NCBI GenBank assembly: GCA_964491475.1
Contig: CAZBFO010000002.1
Location: forward strand, 277,841-341,840
Reading direction: 5' to 3'
DNA: 64,000 nucleotides
From: an uncultured Gammaproteobacteria bacterium
GTDB taxonomy: Bacteria; Patescibacteriota; Patescibacteriia; SG8-24
In this document: piece by piece, positions 10,201 to 18,842 of the stretch
How the letters are laid out: the number at the start of each line of letters is the position of its first letter
How positions within the stretch are numbered: the stretch's first letter is position 1
Position numbers and translations under genes: made by a program
The notes under the pieces: generated by a model
The model's database searches: none
The model's input: only the letters and a program-made list of their open reading frames with translations
What the model was told of the DNA's origin: nothing

Positions 10201-10211
10201 GCTGTAGTAGT
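10201..10211 (+). repeat. 11-bp direct repeat GCTGTAGTAGT, copy 2, downstream of the co-transcribed membrane protein gene
   Basis: Exact match to 8812-8822, 19 nt after the stop at 10182. Confidence 0.4.
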
Positions 10212-10592
10212 CTGTGCGGAGGGCAAAAAAGCGGATCACCCGGTTCGCAAAGCCCGCCCGCACGGTCTCCCTAACCCATGACGACACGTCGTCCGCGTTG
10301 CATGTCGCGTTCGGCGGCTCGTCATCCGAAGTCCCCGTCGCGGGCGCAGCGAATTCCTCTCCCGCGAGGCCCGCGGCCGGGATCTCGGCACCATTTTTAC
10401 GAGAGGGCTCTTTCCTTCACTCTTAACGCTTGTTCGCCGATGAAGCACTTCCGCAGCTAGGCAGACAATTCGTCAACAGACACGGTCCTCATCCGCCTCA
10501 CGTCCGGATGGGGGCTTTTCTTTTGCGCACCCCGCAGGCAAAAGAAAGGGGGGTTGGTGCGGAGGGGGACGGTCGCGGCAAAACGTCGTTTG

Positions 10593-10626
10593 TAAAAGAA
10601 AAACCCTCCGACGTACGTCGGAGGGG
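10593..10626 (-). terminator. Rho-independent terminator downstream of the metallophosphoesterase gene
   Basis: The perfect 22-nt palindrome CCCTCCGACG-TA-CGTCGGAGGG is preceded on the + strand by GAAAAA, which is a U-run on the - strand transcript. Confidence 0.6.
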
Positions 10627-10643
10627 AGGGTGCCCTCAATGCG

Positions 10644-12554
10644 TCACTTGTGACGCTTGGGGCTGCGGTTGGTCTTGCGTTTCTTGGACTGCTTCTTGCG
10701 CGACGAGGTCTTTGCCGCGCCGACGCCGGCGCTTCTGGGGCGCTTCTTGCACTGGCCGTGCCAGGCGCCGTTCACGATGTTGATCAGCTGACGCTGACCG
10801 TTCGCGAAAATGAGCGCGTGGGTGTGGGTCCACTTGGTGCGCGGACCATTTACGTAGTGCTCGGTCAGGTGCGTGCAGGTGCCGACGCGCCAGACCGGTC
10901 CGAGGATGGCTGCGGAATGGTTGTGGCCGACGATCGTCCACTGGTTCCACTCGCGGTAGGCGTTCATCGAGGACGAACGCGCGCCGCTGGGACCGACGTC
11001 CCCGTGGAAGGAGCAGTTGATCTTCTTGGCCTCCGGCCCTTCCGGCAGCAGGAGGACGTCCTGCCGGCCGTAGGTCTTGGCGAACGGCGCATTCCGGTCG
11101 ATCCAGAACTTGACCGGGTCTTCCGCGGAGATCTCGTGGCTCTCCGGAGCGCGCTTCATCAGGTCCTCCTGCAGGTCCGCGAAAAGGCGGGCGCAGAAGG
11201 TGATGTTGACGGGCTCGCTGAACCACTTCTTGCTCTCGAGGTAACGCCCCAAGAACTCGTTGTGGTTGCTGGCGATGATGCGCAGGACCGCCTTGGGCAG
11301 CTGCGCGTGCATCCACTTGAGCTCTCCGACCATGTAGTCCAGCTCCGCCTTGACCGAGTCCGTTCCCGTGGCGCCCTTGTAGGCGCGCCGCGAGGCGTTC
11401 TGGTCGTCCCAGTGCGAGATGCTGTTCCCGTCGAACAGGTCGCCGAGGATGACATTTTTCGGTCCCAGCCTCTGGAGCATCTGGCTATCGCCGAAGGTGA
11501 TGTGCCGGACGTCCGGGTGCGTCTTGCCGGCGTGGTAGTCCCCCAGGTAGGCGGTGTCCACGTCGTCGGGCCGGTGCTCGATCTTCTCGGGCGTCACGAA
11601 GATTGCGCCGCCGCGGAGAGGATCGATGTCATAGAACTCGCCGGTCGAGGTGGCCAGGAGCTGCCGGTAGTGGAACGTCTTCTTGCTGGAGAACTCCAGC
11701 ACGATGGCCGCGTAGGTGTGCTCCGCCGCCGCGATTGCGCCGGTGCGGTCCTGCTGGCCGAGGTTGTCCACGTTGTAGTTCGGGTTGGTCACCGCGCCGC
11801 AGGTCATCGCCGCCTTCGGGTAGTCGTGCATCAGCCGGGGCAGATGCATGAGTTCCAGCTTGGGCGAGGCGAAGATCTGCGAGGTGTTGTACCCCCGTTG
11901 ACCCACCGCGGCGGAAATGAAGCGCATGAGCGTGGGGCGCAGGCGCATCGTGTTCAGGTTGATCATGCCGTTGGCGAGGAGGGTGTCCTCGAACAGCATG
12001 TGTCCCTTGAGCCGCTCGTCGAAGGTCGAGAGCAGCACGCGGCGGTCGAGCTCCTTCTGGTAGACGGTCTTGATCGCGCCGTACTTGATCGGGAGCACCA
12101 CCAGCTCGTACCCCATGTGCTGGGCGTAGCGCTTGAACGCCCGCCAGACTTCCACGTTCAGCGTCGCGCCGAACTGGGCGGCCGTCACGATGAGGCCCTT
12201 GGGGTTGCAGAGCTTGTCGGTGTCGATGCGGAACTCCGCCAGCTGCTCCAGGACGCCCTGGGGCACGCCGATGATGGTGCCGTCCTTGCCCTTGCGAAGG
12301 ATCAGCTCCGGAAGGTTCAGGTCCGGATGTTCCTGCTGGAACTTCCGGTACCGCTTGACCTTGTCGTTCAGCGCGCGCCGCTTGTCCTTGATGTCGCTGT
12401 TGGGGTAGAGCACCCGCAGCAGGTCGTGCATCAGCGGACAGACCTTGTGGTTGTTGTATACCTTGGCGAAGTCGCGCAATTCGCGCACGACTTCCTGCAG
12501 GCGCTGGCCCTTGTGCTTGCCTTGCGGCTTCTCATTATCCATGACTGACTCCAA
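10644..12554 (-). CDS. Large (636 aa) multidomain protein. The C-terminal half is a complete calcineurin-like metallophosphoesterase. The N-terminal ~330 aa is unassigned, and there is a Lys/Arg-rich C-terminal tail.
   Basis: All five metallophosphoesterase motifs are present: GDYHAG, GDLFDGN, SNHNE(F), FHGD and GHNH. The N-terminus has no P-loop or other motif I recognise. The tail is CKKRPRS...SRKKQSKKRKTNRSPKRHK. GC3 is high. The gene is isolated between low-coding spacers with a terminator hairpin immediately downstream. Confidence 0.75.
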   Translation of the reverse strand: MESVMDNEKPQGKHKGQRLQEVVRELRDFAKVYNNHKVCPLMHDLLRVLYPNSDIKDKRRALNDKVKRYRKFQQEHPDLNLPELILRKGKDGTIIGVPQGVLEQLAEFRIDTDKLCNPKGLIVTAAQFGATLNVEVWRAFKRYAQHMGYELVVLPIKYGAIKTVYQKELDRRVLLSTFDERLKGHMLFEDTLLANGMINLNTMRLRPTLMRFISAAVGQRGYNTSQIFASPKLELMHLPRLMHDYPKAAMTCGAVTNPNYNVDNLGQQDRTGAIAAAEHTYAAIVLEFSSKKTFHYRQLLATSTGEFYDIDPLRGGAIFVTPEKIEHRPDDVDTAYLGDYHAGKTHPDVRHITFGDSQMLQRLGPKNVILGDLFDGNSISHWDDQNASRRAYKGATGTDSVKAELDYMVGELKWMHAQLPKAVLRIIASNHNEFLGRYLESKKWFSEPVNITFCARLFADLQEDLMKRAPESHEISAEDPVKFWIDRNAPFAKTYGRQDVLLLPEGPEAKKINCSFHGDVGPSGARSSSMNAYREWNQWTIVGHNHSAAILGPVWRVGTCTHLTEHYVNGPRTKWTHTHALIFANGQRQLINIVNGAWHGQCKKRPRSAGVGAAKTSSRKKQSKKRKTNRSPKRHK

Positions 12555-12817
12555 GTTGTGAGAGGACGACTGTTCGTCTGCTGGCTATGAAGGAGCGAAA
12601 GACGGTTTCATCCTCCGACCCGGACGGGCGCCGAAAGCGTTCGGCCGGGCCGGAGGAAGAGCGTCTTCAGGCCAATGGTAACAGTCGGGGAAGTGCCGTC
12701 AACGATTTTTTCGATGGTGTCAAGGGTGGATAACGGCCAGATTGCACTTGCCCCAAACGGGGCGATGCGTTAAGGTACGCCCGTATTTTTTGGGCCACAA
12801 AACGGCGCAAAAAGCAT

Positions 12818-13855
12818 ATGAAAACGGTCGAATCCGTCACCGAAGGCCATCCCGACAAAGTCTGCGACCAGATCGCCGACGCGATTTTGGATGCGTATTT
12901 GTCGCGCGATCCCGCCAGCAGGGTGGCCATCGAGGCGTTCGGTTCTCACGGTGCGCTGATGCTCGGAGGCGAAGTCTCTTCGACCGCCGAGGTCGATCCG
13001 GCGCAGATCGCCCTCCGCGTCTACCGCGAAATCGGCTATCAGGATGACTTGGAGGTGTTCACCAATATCGAGGAGCAGTCTCCGGACATCGCCCGCGGCG
13101 TGGACACCGGCGGTGCCGGTGACCAAGGCATCATGTACGGCTACGCCACCGGCGAGACGCCGGAATTTCTGCCGATGCCCGTGGTGCTGGCCCACCGTCT
13201 CGCTTGGGGCCTCACCAATCTCCGTCGCAACCACCCCGAGTTTTCCTGGCTGCGGCCCGACGGCAAGACCCAGGTGACTATGGACGGCGGCCGCGTCACG
13301 ACCGTGCTGGTGTCCGCGCAGCATCGCGAGGACATGGCCCAGGCGGAGATGCGCAAGCTGATCGTCCAGCATCTCATCGGCCCGACCATCGGCGAGACCG
13401 CCGACGTGAAAGTGCTGTTCAACCCCACCGGCGCTTTCGTTCGCGGCGGTTTCTCGGCCGACACTGGCCTTACCGGTCGCAAGCTGATGGTCGACACCTA
13501 CGGCGGTCTTATTCCCCATGGCGGGGGAGCCTTCTCCGGCAAGGATCCGACCAAGGTCGACCGCTCCGGCGCCTACATGGCGCGCTTCGCCGCCAAGAAC
13601 CTGGTAGCCAACGGCATCGCCAAGAACTGCCTGGTGTCGGTGGCCTACGCCATCGGCAAGGAGGAGCCGGTGATGCTCCGCGCCGTTTCCGGGGAAGGCA
13701 AGGACGTTTCCGACTACCTCAAGACGCACTTCGACTTTCGTCCTCGCGCCATCATGGAGCGCCTGTCGTTGCGACGTCCCATTTACCGGCAAAGTGCCGC
13801 CTACGGCCATTTTGGCCGCGACGAGTTCCCGTGGGAACACATCGCGTTGCAGTAA
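12818..13855 (+). CDS. metK: S-adenosylmethionine synthetase (unusually short, 345 aa)
   Basis: N-terminal GHPDKVCDQIADAILDA and the GAGDQG flexible-loop motif are present. It is shorter than the typical 380-400 aa bacterial MetK. Confidence 0.9.
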   Translation: MKTVESVTEGHPDKVCDQIADAILDAYLSRDPASRVAIEAFGSHGALMLGGEVSSTAEVDPAQIALRVYREIGYQDDLEVFTNIEEQSPDIARGVDTGGAGDQGIMYGYATGETPEFLPMPVVLAHRLAWGLTNLRRNHPEFSWLRPDGKTQVTMDGGRVTTVLVSAQHREDMAQAEMRKLIVQHLIGPTIGETADVKVLFNPTGAFVRGGFSADTGLTGRKLMVDTYGGLIPHGGGAFSGKDPTKVDRSGAYMARFAAKNLVANGIAKNCLVSVAYAIGKEEPVMLRAVSGEGKDVSDYLKTHFDFRPRAIMERLSLRRPIYRQSAAYGHFGRDEFPWEHIALQ

Positions 13856-13884
13856 AGCCGGTCATGAATGGCCGGCTTTTCGTT
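13856..13884 (+). terminator. Rho-independent terminator after metK
   Basis: AGCCGGTCAT-GA-ATGGCCGGCT hairpin followed by TTTTCGTT. Confidence 0.55.
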
Positions 13885-13970
13885 ACTCGCATTGACACCG
13901 TCCCGTCGACCATTACAATGACCGCCTGCTTGTCGCAGGTCGCTCTTTCATATGGAGACCCGGAGGGCAC

Positions 13971-15032
13971 ATGTGGTCCGAGATCATCTTGTGGATCGTG
14001 GGACTGATGGAGTTCCTCATTTGCTTCTATTTCTGCGCTTACATCGCGTTGTACGCGGTTCCCTGGGGGGAGTTGCGGGAAAAACGCGACATCAGCCGTG
14101 GCATTGCCATGCGCCTGCCCGCGTTGCGGGCGCGCACGCGGCACGCCGCCAAACGGGCGGCCGCCGCGCCGCTGATTCGAAATCCCGTTCACTTGCGCGT
14201 GCTGTGCGGTCAGATGACCGACGATATCGTCGATCTTTCCGCGCATTGCGTCAGGCTGGTGGGGACCATCGAGCGCGAACACCGCACGTGGCCGCGCGAA
14301 ATGCTGTTGCTCGAGGACGTCTTGAGCAGGACGCTCGAGGTGCTGGAACGGACCTGCGCCATGCGCAACGCGCAGCTGCCCGTTCTTGCCAAGGCCTACG
14401 CGAAGATGGCCGCAGCGCGGATTTTGCACGTGGACGCCATGCGCCAGCACCTGCTGGCGCGGATCGACGCGCTTGCCTCTTCCGGCGCCTGCTACGACCG
14501 CGAGCGGCATTGCCTGACCATGCTCGGCAACGCCTTGCAGGCCCACGGGCAGATTGCCGAAAGCGATCCGGCACGGGTCATCGAAGTGTCGTTCAGGTGG
14601 GTCGCGCGCCTGAAGCTCGTCGCCGAGTCGATCGAGTTACGGGCGGTCGCCCAGCGGCGCCTGGCAGAGGTGCGTGCCGAGTTTCCGGAACGCGCCGAAC
14701 GGGTGCGCATGCTGTTAGGTTCGGTGCAGACGCTGTTGCCGGTGTTGCGGACGACCTCGGCACACAAGAGCGTCGCCCTGCGCATGGTGGTGCTTGAGTC
14801 TGCCGAACAGGGCATCGCCCAAGCGGAGCGGGAGCTTTCGCTGGCCGAAGCGTTCTGCCGCACCTCCGGCGTCGACTTGGGAGCGTCGGGGCAAAGCGGC
14901 CGAGGTTTGGCCGAAGCCCTGCGGTCCGCCGCGCGGGCTCATGCCACCTTGTCGGGTTTCGAGGACGATCTGGCCTTCATCGCCGCGATCGCGGCGGCAA
15001 ACAAGGGGGAGGATTCCGGCGAAGTGAACTGA
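13971..15032 (+). CDS. Hypothetical protein with an N-terminal TM helix and an Ala/Arg-rich helical body
   Basis: A GGAGGG RBS lies 5 nt upstream of the ATG. GC3 is high and a terminator follows at 15037-15062. No recognisable domain. Confidence 0.5.
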   Translation: MWSEIILWIVGLMEFLICFYFCAYIALYAVPWGELREKRDISRGIAMRLPALRARTRHAAKRAAAAPLIRNPVHLRVLCGQMTDDIVDLSAHCVRLVGTIEREHRTWPREMLLLEDVLSRTLEVLERTCAMRNAQLPVLAKAYAKMAAARILHVDAMRQHLLARIDALASSGACYDRERHCLTMLGNALQAHGQIAESDPARVIEVSFRWVARLKLVAESIELRAVAQRRLAEVRAEFPERAERVRMLLGSVQTLLPVLRTTSAHKSVALRMVVLESAEQGIAQAERELSLAEAFCRTSGVDLGASGQSGRGLAEALRSAARAHATLSGFEDDLAFIAAIAAANKGEDSGEVN

Positions 15033-15036
15033 AGCG

Positions 15037-15062
15037 AAGGAGGCGATTGCCTCCTTTTTTCG
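15037..15062 (+). terminator. Rho-independent terminator
   Basis: AAGGAGGC-GATT-GCCTCCTT hairpin followed by TTTTTT. Confidence 0.6.
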
Positions 15063-15103
15063 TCAGCGCAAAACCGCACGGCTTGGCGCCGCGCGGTCTT
15101 CTT

Positions 15104-15580
15104 TCAGGCAAATATGAGTACGCGGGAAATTTCGCTGCACGGTTCGGCCCTTTCCGCCTGGGCCACGCTGACGCGCAGCGACTTCCACAGGTTCTGAATC
15201 AGGAATTGTCGGACGCGACGTCGGCGCTGCTTGCGCGCCCAGTCCTTGTCCTCGTCGCCGTCATGGTGTTCTTCGTGACTGCCCTCGCCTTCGTGGCTGA
15301 TGATGGCCAGCGGGAAGGGGATTGCGCCGACCGCGCTTATCGTTTCCGGGCCGGAGGGACGGGTCAGCGTGACCGCCCTTTTGACCAGGTCTGCGGCGGC
15401 CGCCTCAAGAAGGCTCCCGCGAGCTTGCGCTGCGGTTCCGGCCTCGCCTTCCATCGATTGCAGGGCACTTTTGTACAGGTGCACCAGCTGTTCCCGAAAG
15501 ACGATCACAAGCTGGAGCAGGTACAAAAGCACCAACGCCCATTTTGCGTACTTATGCATATTCGGGTCCTCCGTCTTCAT
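15104..15580 (-). CDS. Small hypothetical membrane protein with a His/acidic-rich segment
   Basis: TM helix WALVLLYLLQLVIVF and the segment HEGEGSHEEHHDGDEDKD. GC3 is about 80% on this strand versus about 60% for the competing + ORF 15047..15676. Confidence 0.35.
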   Translation of the reverse strand: MKTEDPNMHKYAKWALVLLYLLQLVIVFREQLVHLYKSALQSMEGEAGTAAQARGSLLEAAAADLVKRAVTLTRPSGPETISAVGAIPFPLAIISHEGEGSHEEHHDGDEDKDWARKQRRRRVRQFLIQNLWKSLRVSVAQAERAEPCSEISRVLIFA

Positions 15581-15662
15581 CGTAAACCCGGAAGGACACC
15601 CATCGCAACGGGTTGTCAAGTGCGACAAAAAGGCCCGGTGGGGGACGGGCGAGACCCGACCG

Positions 15663-15671
15663 TGGTATACT
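15663..15671 (+). promoter_or_regulatory. Extended -10 element TGGTATACT for the ABC-2 exporter operon
   Basis: The ATG at 15683 is 12 nt downstream. Confidence 0.4.
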
Positions 15672-15682
15672 TATAGCCTTGT

Positions 15683-16417
15683 ATGTCTACACCTGCTCTG
15701 GAGCTCAAATCGGTGACGAAACGGTTCGGTCAGACGATTGCGGTCGAAAACTTGTCGCTGTCGCTCAAGGCCGGAGAAATGTACGGGCTCATCGGCCCGA
15801 ACGGCTCGGGCAAAACGACGACCATGAAGATGATTGCCGGACTGTACCGGCAGACCGGCGGGGACATTCTGGTGCAGGGCATGGACGTTCTGGTCGCGCC
15901 GACCAAGGCAAAGGCGAAAATCGGCTACGTGCCCGACGAGCCGGTCGCCTATGAGCTTCTTTCGGGGCGCGAATTCCTGCATTTCGTGGGCGAGCTGTAC
16001 GGCGTTCCGCGCCAGGAACGCGAGGGACGCATTTCGGCGCTGCTTTCGGCCTATCACCTCGAAGGCGTCGCAGACGGGCTGTTCATGCATTATTCCCGCG
16101 GCACCAAGCAGAAGCTGTCGATGATAGCGGCGCTGCTGCACGAGCCGTCGCTGCTGCTGGTGGACGAGCCGATGGTGGGTCTCGATCCCGAGTCCGCGCT
16201 GATCACCAAAAAGCTGCTGACCGATTTCGTGGCGAAGGGCGGCAGCGTGCTGCTGTCGACGCACACGCTTTCCGTCGCCGACGAGATCTGCAATCGATTC
16301 GGCATCATCAAGCATGGCAGGCTCATCGCCGAAGGCACGCATGCCGAACTGTCCGCCAAATCGGACCGTTTGGGCACCCTCGAAGACGTCTTCTTGGCGC
16401 TGACCGCCGGAGTATGA
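15683..16417 (+). CDS. ABC transporter ATP-binding protein (ABC-2/DrrA-like)
   Basis: Walker A (GPNGSGKTT), Q-loop, ABC signature (YSRGTKQKLSM), Walker B (LLLVDEP) and H-loop. Confidence 0.9.
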   Translation: MSTPALELKSVTKRFGQTIAVENLSLSLKAGEMYGLIGPNGSGKTTTMKMIAGLYRQTGGDILVQGMDVLVAPTKAKAKIGYVPDEPVAYELLSGREFLHFVGELYGVPRQEREGRISALLSAYHLEGVADGLFMHYSRGTKQKLSMIAALLHEPSLLLVDEPMVGLDPESALITKKLLTDFVAKGGSVLLSTHTLSVADEICNRFGIIKHGRLIAEGTHAELSAKSDRLGTLEDVFLALTAGV

Positions 16418-18093
16418 CCGCGGTATACGCCCTCATCGCCAACCGGCTGCGCATGATCGCCACCGCCGCGCACCGTTCGAGCTGGGCGCAACGTTTGGTC
16501 GCCGCTTGCTTCTTTGCCATCGGCGCGGCGCTGATGTTCGGCGCCTATCTGCTTTTCCGCCGCGCCTTCCGTTTCATCCTGTCGGATACGGTTTCCGGCG
16601 CGCTGTTGCTGCGGTACGTCCTCGATGCCGCCTTCGCCATCACCTATTTTCTGGGCGTTTCAAGCGTAATCGTCACCTCGAACTCCCTGCTGTTCGGCGC
16701 CGACGACTTGCGGCTGCTCGTCCCCAAACCCATCGGTTCGGCGTCGCTCTTTGCCTACCGTTTTCTTGCCGCGACCGCGGCTTCGTCATGGCCGGTGCTG
16801 CTCATCGCCTTCCCGGCTATCACGGCGCTGGGAGCGACCTTCGGCGCGTCGCCGCTGTTCGTGGTCGTCGGCCTGGCGGTGATGCTTCTGTTCGTCTGTT
16901 CGGTCACGATTCTTGGCGGGCTGCTCTCGTTCTTTCTCGCTTGGGCTTGCAGGCCGTTGTCGTTGGCATTCCGAAAATTCTTGGAATTGCTGGCGTTTTT
17001 CGTCTTCGGCATGCTGCTGGTCCGCAGGATCGTTCCTCGAGGCGTCTTTGCCCTGTTCAACGTGAATACGGCGGCAGAGGTCGAAGCGGCCGCCGCGAAA
17101 ATGCATGCTCTCTTCTCGCCGCTGCCCAGCCATCCGTTTGCGGCGACCGTTTCCGCACTGGTGCCCTCGGGGGCAGAGGGGCCGTTGGGCACGCAGCTCG
17201 CCCTCACCTGCGCGACGCTGCTCCTCGGGTTCGTCGTGCTGATGGTCGTCGCTTCGGCCGCCTACGTGCGGCTATGGCAGCGATACGGCGAGACGGGACT
17301 GACCGCCGGCGTGACGGATCGGCCCGCACGCCTCGGTTTCCGACAGCCGTTCCCGCGGGTGTTCCGATGGGGACACTCGTTCCTGTTCGAAAAAGACCTC
17401 TTGCTGTTCGTTCGCGACGGTGCCGCGGTTTCTCGCGCCGGTTTCCTGCTGCTGCTTCTGGGATTGTACCTGCTGATAGTCCGCGCGGTCATGCGCGCCG
17501 TCGACGGCCAAGTGACGGGACAGTTCTTCGCCCATGCCGTGACCTTCGCGTTCGCGGCTATCGGCTACTTCGTGCTGACGCTGACCTTGCGGTTCGTGTT
17601 TCCCGCCCTGTCGTTGGAGGGGCGCGGCGCATGGCTGGAATGGGCCAGTCCCGTGCACACGCACGAGCTTTTTTCATGGAAGGTGTTTTTCTGGACGTCG
17701 CTGTTCACCGTGGCCATGGAGACGGCAGCGGCGGCGGTCATGGCGCTGTTCAGGCTGCCGGCAGGGTTGAGCCTGGGGTTCGCCTACGCCACGTTCCTGA
17801 CCGTGCTGTCGCTGGTCACCTTCGGCATGGCCGCAGGTTCCGTCGCGCCCGACTTCCGCGCCAAGGATCCCGACGAAGTGGCGACCTCGCCGATGGGGCT
17901 CGCTGCCACGGCCGGCGGCGCCTTTTACCTGCTGATCATGGCTCGTTACGTCTTCGGCATGTCCGCCGCTGCGGCCTCGGGACAGGAATACGACGTGCTG
18001 GCGTTGGTGGGAATGACCGTCGTTTCCCTCACGGTCGTCGCCTCGTCATGGGCCATGGCGCTGCTCTTCGTGGACAGGCTGGAAGTGACTTGA
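16414..18093 (+). CDS. ABC-2-type transporter permease (polytopic, about 12 TM helices)
   Basis: An ATGA overlap with the ATPase gene. The protein is highly hydrophobic with many predicted helices. Confidence 0.7.
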   Translation: MTAVYALIANRLRMIATAAHRSSWAQRLVAACFFAIGAALMFGAYLLFRRAFRFILSDTVSGALLLRYVLDAAFAITYFLGVSSVIVTSNSLLFGADDLRLLVPKPIGSASLFAYRFLAATAASSWPVLLIAFPAITALGATFGASPLFVVVGLAVMLLFVCSVTILGGLLSFFLAWACRPLSLAFRKFLELLAFFVFGMLLVRRIVPRGVFALFNVNTAAEVEAAAAKMHALFSPLPSHPFAATVSALVPSGAEGPLGTQLALTCATLLLGFVVLMVVASAAYVRLWQRYGETGLTAGVTDRPARLGFRQPFPRVFRWGHSFLFEKDLLLFVRDGAAVSRAGFLLLLLGLYLLIVRAVMRAVDGQVTGQFFAHAVTFAFAAIGYFVLTLTLRFVFPALSLEGRGAWLEWASPVHTHELFSWKVFFWTSLFTVAMETAAAAVMALFRLPAGLSLGFAYATFLTVLSLVTFGMAAGSVAPDFRAKDPDEVATSPMGLAATAGGAFYLLIMARYVFGMSAAAASGQEYDVLALVGMTVVSLTVVASSWAMALLFVDRLEVT

Positions 18094-18171
18094 CCGCAGC
18101 TCGGTCCGGCAGCCGGCGATTGACATTCGGGCCGATGTGCGATAAGGCTGGGTTACGTTTTGGAGGTGATC

Positions 18172-18720
18172 ATGAAAGCAGAAATCCGGTTCCGCCTGCT
18201 GGCCCTTTCGCAAGTTTCCTACGAATCGGCACGCTACGCCCACGACGCGATTAAGCGGCGGCTGGGCCTCGCTCCCGAGAAGTCGGTCATAGTCAACGTG
18301 CCCGACGGCACCCCCTTCCGCGAGCTGCAGGTCACGCAAGGTCTTTCCTCGTCTGACCTCCTGCTTTCCTGCAAGAAGCTGTGGAACAACAGCATCGCGC
18401 GGGGTCACGTGAATCCGTACCTGTTCTGCGGCGTCATCTGTGACAGTTATCCGGAGCTGGAGGACCGCACGGTGGTCGCCGACAACCGGCAGCTGCTGCG
18501 CATCGCCATGCGTCATGCCGCCGGCATCGTCAAAATGGGGGCGCGGCGCAGCGCCTATCTGCCCGCCTTCGTCGACGCCCAGATGGCGCACCTTTCCGGT
18601 TGTCAGGGCTGCATTGACGCCGTCCTGGCGCGCATCCGCGCCGGCCTGCGCACACGCAGCGGCATCCGCGCGATGCTCGAACACGCCGGGCTGCGCCGTC
18701 CCGCTTCGCCGCCGGTCTGA
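18172..18720 (+). CDS. Hypothetical cytoplasmic protein
   Basis: A GGAGGTG RBS lies 4 nt upstream of ATG 18172 (the TTG at 18160 is rejected). GC3 is high. No known domain. Confidence 0.5.
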   Translation: MKAEIRFRLLALSQVSYESARYAHDAIKRRLGLAPEKSVIVNVPDGTPFRELQVTQGLSSSDLLLSCKKLWNNSIARGHVNPYLFCGVICDSYPELEDRTVVADNRQLLRIAMRHAAGIVKMGARRSAYLPAFVDAQMAHLSGCQGCIDAVLARIRAGLRTRSGIRAMLEHAGLRRPASPPV

Positions 18721-18726
18721 ACCTTT

Positions 18727-18756
18727 CCCCTGCATTGCCAGGGGATTTTTGTTTTT
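18727..18756 (+). terminator. Rho-independent terminator
   Basis: CCCCTG-CATTGC-CAGGGG hairpin followed by ATTTTTGTTTTT. Confidence 0.55.
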
Positions 18757-18778
18757 GGTCGGCGCGGAAAGGCTTTTT

Positions 18779-18787
18779 TGCTATACT
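18779..18787 (+). promoter_or_regulatory. Extended -10 element TGCTATACT
   Basis: An exact 9-mer shared with the sites at 35668, 38851 and 48092. It lies about 56 nt upstream of the adhesin A start and just after the upstream terminator. Confidence 0.45.
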
Positions 18788-18842
18788 GCCAGCATTGCCT
18801 ACGGGCCTCGTCGTTTCAATCACTTCTTTCGCTTGTCACGAT

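Noticed and set aside
10230-10260. tRNA-like T-loop (GGTTCGCAAAGCC)
   Set aside because: It lacks the flanking 5-bp T-stem, acceptor stem and D/anticodon arms. No tRNA, rRNA or CRISPR array was detected anywhere in the window by eye.
10650-12548. 632-aa ORF on the + strand covering almost exactly the same span as the 10644..12554 - strand gene
   Set aside because: It is an antisense shadow ORF typical of high-GC DNA. It has no recognisable motifs, while the - strand frame carries a complete metallophosphoesterase motif set and higher GC3.
12555-12817. Possible SAM riboswitch upstream of metK
   Set aside because: I looked for SAM-I/SAM-IV/SAM-II signatures (for example GGCAACC) and the pseudoknot arrangement and found none. 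The spacer is more plausibly a divergent promoter region. An Infernal scan would settle it.
15047-15676. 209-aa + strand ORF between the 13971 gene and the ABC ATPase
   Set aside because: Its GC3 is only about 60% versus about 80% for the overlapping - strand ORF. It starts inside the 15037-15062 terminator hairpin and would overlap the extended -10 of the ABC operon.
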